Shown: in pieces, positions 57,101 to 64,000 of the stretch
Position numbering within the stretch: position 1 is the stretch's first letter
How the letters are laid out: each line of letters opens with the position of its first letter
Assembly (NCBI RefSeq): GCF_009914755.1
Contig: NC_060939.1
From: the human T2T-CHM13v2.0 reference genome, Homo sapiens
DNA: 64,000 nt
Reading direction: 5' to 3' (one strand)
Position numbers and translations under genes: made by a program
Notes under the pieces: model-generated
Told to the model about the DNA's origin: nothing
The model's input: the letters and a program-made list of their open reading frames with translations, nothing else
Database searches by the model: none

Positions 57101-58928
57101 TTCCTTTCCATTCCATTCCATTCGGTGCCATTCCATTCCACTCTATTCCATTCAAGTCCATTCCATTTGAGTCCATTCCATTCCATTCGATGCCATTACA
57201 TTCAATTCTATTACATTCGACTCCATTCCATTCCATTCCCTTCCAAACGATTCCATTCCATTCTATTACTTTCTATTCCAATCCATTCCATTCCGTTCCA
57301 TTCGTTTCCATTCCATTCGAGTCCACTCCACTCCAGTCCATTCCATTCGAGTCCACTCCATTCCAGTCCATTCCATTCAAGTCCATTCCACTCCATTCCA
57401 TTCCATTCGATATCTTTCGATAACACCCCATTCCATTCTGTTCCTTACAATTCAATTCAATTCCATTCCATTTGATTCCATTCCATTTGATTCCATTCCA
57501 TTCGACTCCATTCCATTCGACTCTATTCCATTCAAGTCCATTCCATTCCATTCCATTGCATTCCGTTCGAATCCCTATTCCATTCCATTTTGTTCCAGTC
57601 CATTCCATTTGAGTCCATTCCATGCCAATCCATTCCATTCGATTCCATTCCAATTGATTCCATTGCACTCGAATCCAGTGCGTTCCATTCCATTGCTTTC
57701 CATTCGATTCCATTCCATTGCATTACATTCCATTCCATTTGATTACATTCCATTAAATTCCATTAATTTCGAATCAATTACATTGCAATCCATTGCATTC
57801 GAGTTCTATTCCAGTCCATTGCATTCCGGCGCATTCCGTTCCATTCCATTCCATTCGATTCCATTCCATTCGAATCCATTGCATTGCAATGCTTTACATT
57901 CGAGTCCGTTTTATTCCAGTCCAATCCATTCCGGTCCATTCCGTTCGATTCCATTCCATTCGATGCCACTCCATACTATTGTATTTCATTCGATTCCATT
58001 CTATTCAAATAAATTCCATTCGAGGCCATTCGTTTCGAGTCCATACTATTTGAGTCCATTCCATTTGAGTCCATTACATTTGGGTCCATTCCATTCAATT
58101 CCATTGCAATCCATTCCATTCGATGTCACCCCATTCATTTCTATTCCATTAGAGTCCATGTCATTCGAGTCCATTCCATTCTATTCCATTCCACTCCATT
58201 CCATTCCATTCCATTCCATTCCATTCCATTCCATTCTATCCAATTCCGTTCCATTCTATTCCTTTAAAGTCCATTCCATTCCATTCCATTCATTTCCATT
58301 CCATTCGAGTAAAGTCCACTCCAGTCCTTTCCATTCGAGTCCATTCCTCTCCAGTCCATTCCGTTCAATCCATTCCACCCCAGTCCATTCCATTCGAGTC
58401 CGTTCCATTCCAGTCCGTTCCATTCGAGTCAATTCCATTCCATTTGATATCTTTCCATAACGATCCATTCCATTCTATTCCTTTCAATTCCATTCAATTC
58501 CATTCCAGTCCATTTCATTCCATTCGATTCCCTTCCATTGGACTCCTTTCCATTCGAGTGCATTCCATTCCATTCCATTTCTTTCTGTTCTGTATGATTC
58601 CTACAGTTCGATTTCATTTTGTTCCAGTCTATTCCTTTCACGTTCATTCCATTCCATTTCACTCCATTCGATTCCATTCCACTCGATTCCACTCCGTTCC
58701 ATCTCACTGCATTGCATTCTATTCAATTCTATTGCATTCCATTCCATTCCATTTGATTACATTCCATGCGATTCCATTAGAATTCGAATCAATTACATTG
58801 CAATCCATTACTATTGAGTCCGTTTTATTACAGTCCACTCCATTCTGGTCCATTCCATTTGATTCCATTCCATTCTATTCCACTCCATACAGTTGCATTC
58901 CATTGGATTTCATTCTATATCTATAAAT
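54138..58928 (+). repeat. Higher-order unit U13, 4791 bp (chimeric; from ~55100 a copy of U9)
   Basis: 5' part has CCATGCCATGCC and CGTGTTCATT. From ~55100 it matches U9 at offset 14850-14875. Confidence 0.85.
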
Positions 58929-61900
58929 TCAATTCGAGACCATTGCTTTGGAGTCCATTCTATATGATTCCATTCCATTCAAGTCCATTACATTTGGTTC
59001 AATTCCATTCCATTCCATTCCCTTCCATTCCATTCCATTTGATATCAATCCATTCGATTCCATTCCATTCGAGCACATTCCATTCGAGTCCATTCCATTC
59101 GATGCCATTCCATTTAATTCTATTCCATTAGACTCCATTCAATTCCATTAATCTCCATTCCATTCCATTCTACTCCAACTGATTCCATTCCATTCTATTC
59201 CTTTCCATTCCATTCCATTCCATTCGCTTCCATTCCATTCGTGTCCATTCCACTCCAGTCCATTCCATTCGTGTCCATTCCATTCCAGTCCATTCCATTT
59301 GTGTCCACTGTATTCCATTACACTCCATTCCATATTATTCCATTACACTCCATTCCATTCTATTACTTTCATTTCCATTCAGTTCCATTCCATTTGATTC
59401 CATTCCACTCGGTTTCATTCCATTTGAGTCCATTCCATTCCATTCCATTCCATTCCGTTCCATTCCATTCTGTTCCATTCCATTCCATTCCATTCTATTG
59501 GGTACCATTCCATATTGTTCCATTCGATTCCATTCGAATCCATTCCATTCCAGTCCATTCCATTGGATTCCATTCCATTCCTTTCAATTCCATTCCATTC
59601 CTTTCGACTCCACTTGATTCCACTCCATTCCCTTCCACTGCATTCCATTCGATTCCATTCCATTGCATTGCATTCCATTCCATTGAATTGCATTCCATTC
59701 GATTCCATTCCATTCGAATCAATTATATAGCAATCCATGACATTCGAGTCTGTTCTATTCCGTTCCATTCGATTTCGTTCCAATCCATTCGATTCCATTC
59801 CATTCGATTCCATTCCATACTATTGCATTCCATTCGATTAAATTATACTCGAATAAATTCCATTCAAGACCATTTCTGTTGAGTCCATTCTACTTGAGTC
59901 CATTCCCTTTGATTCCACAACATTTGAGTCCATTCAATTCCATTCCTTTCGTTTCCATTCCATTTGATGCCATTCCATTCAATTCTGTTCTACTCGACTC
60001 CAATACATTCAATTCCATTCCATCCGATTCCATTACATTCTTTTCATTTCTTATCCATTTCAAGCCATTCCATTCCATTCCATTCCATTCCACTCGTTTC
60101 CTTTCCATTCGAGTCCATTCCACTCCAGTCCATTCCATTCGAATCCATTTCACTCCAGTCCATTCCATTCGAATCCATTTCACTCCAGTCCATTAAATTC
60201 GAGTACATTCCATTCCATTCTATTCAATGCCATTCCATTCGATTCTATTCCATTCGACACCATTCCTTTCCATTCCGTTCCATCCGATTCCATTCCATTG
60301 TATTCCGTTCCATTCCATTCCATTGCATTCCATTCGTTTCCATTCCATTCGAATTCATTCCACTCAAGTCCATTCCATTCGAGTCCATTCCATTCGATAT
60401 CATTCCATACTATTGCATTCCATTCGATTCCATTGTTTTCCAATAAATTCCAACCGAGACCATTCCTTTCGTGTCCATTCTATTTGACTGCATTCCATTT
60501 GAGTCCATTAAATTTCTGCACATTCCATTCCTTTCCATTCCATTCCATTCCTTTCGGTGCCATTCCATTCCACTCTAATCCATTCAAGTCCATTCCATTT
60601 GAGTCCATTCCATTGATTCGATGCCATTACATTCAATTCTATTCCATTCGACTCCATTGCATTCCATTCCCTTCCAAACGATTCCATTCCATTCTATTAC
60701 TTTCTATTCCAATCCATTCCATTCCGTTCCATTCGTTTCCATTCCATTCGAGTCCACTCCATTCCAGTCCATTCCATTCCAGTCCATTCCATTCAAGTCC
60801 ATTCCATTCAAGTCCATTCCACTCCGTTCCATTCCATTCGATATCTTTCGATAACACCCCATTCCATTCTGCTCCTTAATATTCAATTCAATTCCATTCC
60901 ATTTGATTCCATTCCATTTGATTACATTCCATTCGACTCCATTCCATTCGACTCTATTCCATTCGAGTCCATTCCATTCCATTCCATTGCATTCCGTTCG
61001 AATCCCTATTCCATTCCATTTTGTTACTGTCCATTCCATTTTAGTCCATTCCATGCCAAACCATTCCATTCGATTCCATAACAATAGATTCCATTGCACT
61101 CGAATCCAGTGCGTTCCATTCCATTGCTTTCCATTCTATTACATTCCATTGCATTACATTCCATTCCATTTGATTGCATTCCATTCAATTCCATTAATTT
61201 CGAATCAATTACATTGCAATCCATTGCATTCGAGTTCTATTCCAGTCCATTGCATTCCGGCGCATGCCGTTCCATTCCATTCCATTCGATTCCGTTCCAT
61301 TCGAATCGATTGCATTGCAATGCTTTACATTCGAGTCCGTTTTATTCCAGTCCAATCCATTCTGGTCCATTCCGTTCGATTCCATTCCATTCGATGCCAC
61401 TCCATACTATTGTATTTCATTCGATTCCATTCTGTTCAAATAAATTCCATTCGAGACCATTCCTTTCGAGTCCATTCTATTTGAGTCCATTCCATTCGAG
61501 TCCATTATATTTGGGTCCATTCCATTCAATTCCATTGCAATCGATTCCATTCGATGTCACTCCATTCATTTCTATTCCATTAGCGTCCATGTCATTCGAG
61601 TCCATTCCATTCTATTCTATTCCACTCCATTCCATTCCATTCCACTCCATTCCATTCGATGCCGTTCCATTCAATTCTATTATATTCCACTCCATTTAAT
61701 TCCATTCCATTCCATTCCATTCCATTCTATCCAATTCCGTTCCATTCTATTCCTTTAAACTCCATTCCATTCCATTCCATTCGTTTCCATTCCATTCGAG
61801 TAAAGTCCACTCCAGTCCTTTCCATTCTAGTCCATTCCTCTCCAGTCCATTCCGTTCAATCCATTCCATTCCAGTCCATTCCATTCGAGTCCGTTCCATT

Positions 61901-64000
61901 CCAGTCCATTCCATTCGAGTCAATTCCATTCCATTCGATATCTTTCCATAACGATCCATTCCATTCTATTCCTTTCGATTCCATTCAATTCCATTCCATT
62001 CTATTTCATTCCATTCGATTCCCTTCCATTGGACTCCTTTCCATTCGAGTGCATTCCATTCCGTTCCATTTCTTTCTGTTCTGTATGATTCCTACTGTTC
62101 GATTTCATTTTGTTCCAGTCTATTCCTTTCAAGTCCATTCCATTCCATTTCACTCCATTCGATTCCATTCCACTCGATTCCACTCCGTTCCATTTCATTG
62201 CATTCCATTCTATTCAATTCTATTGCATTCCACTCCATTCCATTTGATTACATTCCATGCGATTCCATTCGAATTCGAATCAATTACATTGCAATCCATT
62301 ACTATTGAGTCCGTTTTATTCCAGTCCACTGCATTCTGGTCCATTCCATTTGATTCCATTCCATTCTATTCCATTCCATACAGTTGCATTCCATTGGATT
62401 CCATGCTATATCTATAAATTCAATTCGAGACCATTGCTTTTGAGTCCATTCTATATGATTCCATTCCATTCAAGTCCATTACATTTGTTTCAATTCCATT
62501 CCATTCCATTCCCTTCCATTCCATTCCATTTGATATCAATCCATACGATTCCATTCCATTCGAGCACATTCCATTCGAGTCCATTCCATTCGATGCCATT
62601 CCATTTAATTCTATTCCATTAGACTCCATTCAATTCCATTAATCTCCATTCCATTCCATTCTACTCCAACTGATTCCATTCCATTCTATTCGTTTCCATT
62701 CCATTCCATTCCATTCGCTTCCATTCCATTCGTGTCCATTCCACTCCAGTCCATTCCATTCGTGTCCATTCCATTCCAGTCCATTCCATTTGTGTCCACC
62801 GCATTCCATTCCACTCCATTCCATATTATTCCATTACACTCCATTCCATTCTATTACTTTCATTTCCATTCAGTTCCATTCCATTTGATTCCATTCCACT
62901 CGGTTTCATTCCATTTGAGTCCATTCCATTCCATTCCATTCCATTCCATTCCATTCCGTTCCATTCCATTCTGTTCCATTCCATTCCATTCCATTCTATT
63001 GGGTACCATTCCATATTGTTCCATTCGATTCCATTCGAATCCATTCCATTCCAGTCCATTCCATTCGATTCCATTCCATTCCTTTCAATTCCATTCCATT
63101 CCTTTCGACTCCTCTTGATTCCACTCCATTCCCTTCCACTGCATTCCATTCGATTCCATTCCATTGCATTGCATTCCATTCCATTGAATTGCATTCCATT
63201 CGATTACATTCCATTCGAATCAATTACATAGCAATCCATTACATTCGAGTCTGTTCTATTCCGTTCCATTTGATTTCGTTGCAATCCATTCGATTCCATT
63301 CCATTCGATTCCATTCCATACTATTGCATTCCATTCGATTAAATTATACTCGAATAAATTCCATTCAAGACCATTTCTGTTGAGTCCATTCTACTTGAGT
63401 ACATTCCCTTTGATTCCACAACATTTGAGTCCATTCAATTCCATTCCTTTCGTTTCCATTCCATTTGATGCCATTCCATTCAATTCTGTTCTACTCGACT
63501 CCAATACATTCAATTCCATTCCATCCGATTCCATTACATTCTTTTCATTTCTTATCCATTTCAAGCCATTCCATTCCATTCCATTCCATTCCACTCGTTT
63601 CCTTTCCATTCGAGTCCATTCCACTCCAGTCCATTCCATTCGAATCCATTTCACTCCAGTCCATTCCGTTCGATTCCATTTCACTCCAGTCCATTAAATT
63701 CGAGTACATTCCATTCCATTCTATTCAATGCCATTCCATTCGATTCTATTCCATTCGACACCATTCCTTTCCATTCCGTTCCATCCGATTCCATTCCATT
63801 GTATTCCATTCCATTGCATTCCATTGCATTCCATTCGTTTCCATTACATTCGAATTCATTCCACTCAAGTCCATTCCATTCGAGTCCATTCCATTCGATA
63901 TCATTCCATACTATTGCATTCCATTCGATTCCATTGTTTTCCAATAAATTCCAACCGAGACTGTTCCTTTCGTGTCCATTCTATTTGACTGCATTCCATT
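58929..64000 (+). repeat. Short units U14 (3491 bp) and partial U15, copies of U10 and U11
   Basis: ORF translations essentially identical to 44054-49125 at a constant offset of 14875. Confidence 0.9.

Larger units (their letters stand above)
1..64000 (+). repeat. Satellite III (HSat3)-type array of diverged (CATTC)n, single orientation
   Basis: Continuous CCATT/CATTC pentamers with variants (CGATT, CGAGT, CCAGT, CTATT, GCATT) and pure CCATT runs of 50-65 bp. The ATTCGATGATTCC-rich 23/26-bp pattern typical of HSat2 is not seen. No GGAAT-oriented block on the + strand. Confidence 0.96.

Noticed and set aside
1-64000. Hundreds of ORFs up to 379 aa (HSIPF-rich on +, MEWNG-rich on -)
   Set aside because: (CATTC)n has no stop codon in any frame and translates to HSIPF/MEWNG repeats. 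The ORFs overlap in all frames, break at random between unit copies and show no domain features.
1-64000. CRISPR-like or other repeat-spacer array
   Set aside because: No constant direct repeat with unique spacers; the intervening sequence is itself degenerate pentamer, and there are no associated genes.
1-64000. HSat2 assignment
   Set aside because: CATTCGATTC occurs, but the GATGATTCC-rich 23/26-bp organisation does not, and long pure CCATT runs favour HSat3.
1-64000. Inversions or Alu/L1 insertions
   Set aside because: No GGAAT-oriented block, poly(A) tail, target-site duplication or non-satellite sequence was seen on reading through.

Overview
The whole 64 kb window is one uninterrupted array of diverged (CATTC/GGAAT)n pentamers, i.e. 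human or great-ape Satellite III (HSat3)-type heterochromatin. CATTC is always on the + strand, and I saw no inversion, transposon, RNA gene or credible coding sequence; all ORFs in the track are translations of the pentamer. The interest lies in a nested repeat architecture. A 5-bp pentamer is organised in ~15-bp variant triplets. These build a diverged ~1 kb sub-monomer marked by a conserved ~220-bp 'GAATCAATTACATTGCAATCC...GAGACC...ACATTTGGGTCC' module. Five sub-monomers form a ~4.8-4.9 kb higher-order unit, with deletion variants of 4.25, 3.9, 3.5 and 3.07 kb and a 6.6 kb variant carrying a 1.58 kb duplication. Multi-unit duplications occur at ~11.5 kb and ~14.87 kb spacing, and some units are chimeric or carry conversion-like patches. 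There are about 14 complete units plus flanking partial ones. Unit lengths were taken from recurring landmark coordinates and breakpoints were read by eye, so they are approximate. Chromosome and HSat3 subfamily cannot be assigned from the sequence alone. I found no evidence for a novel protein-coding system.
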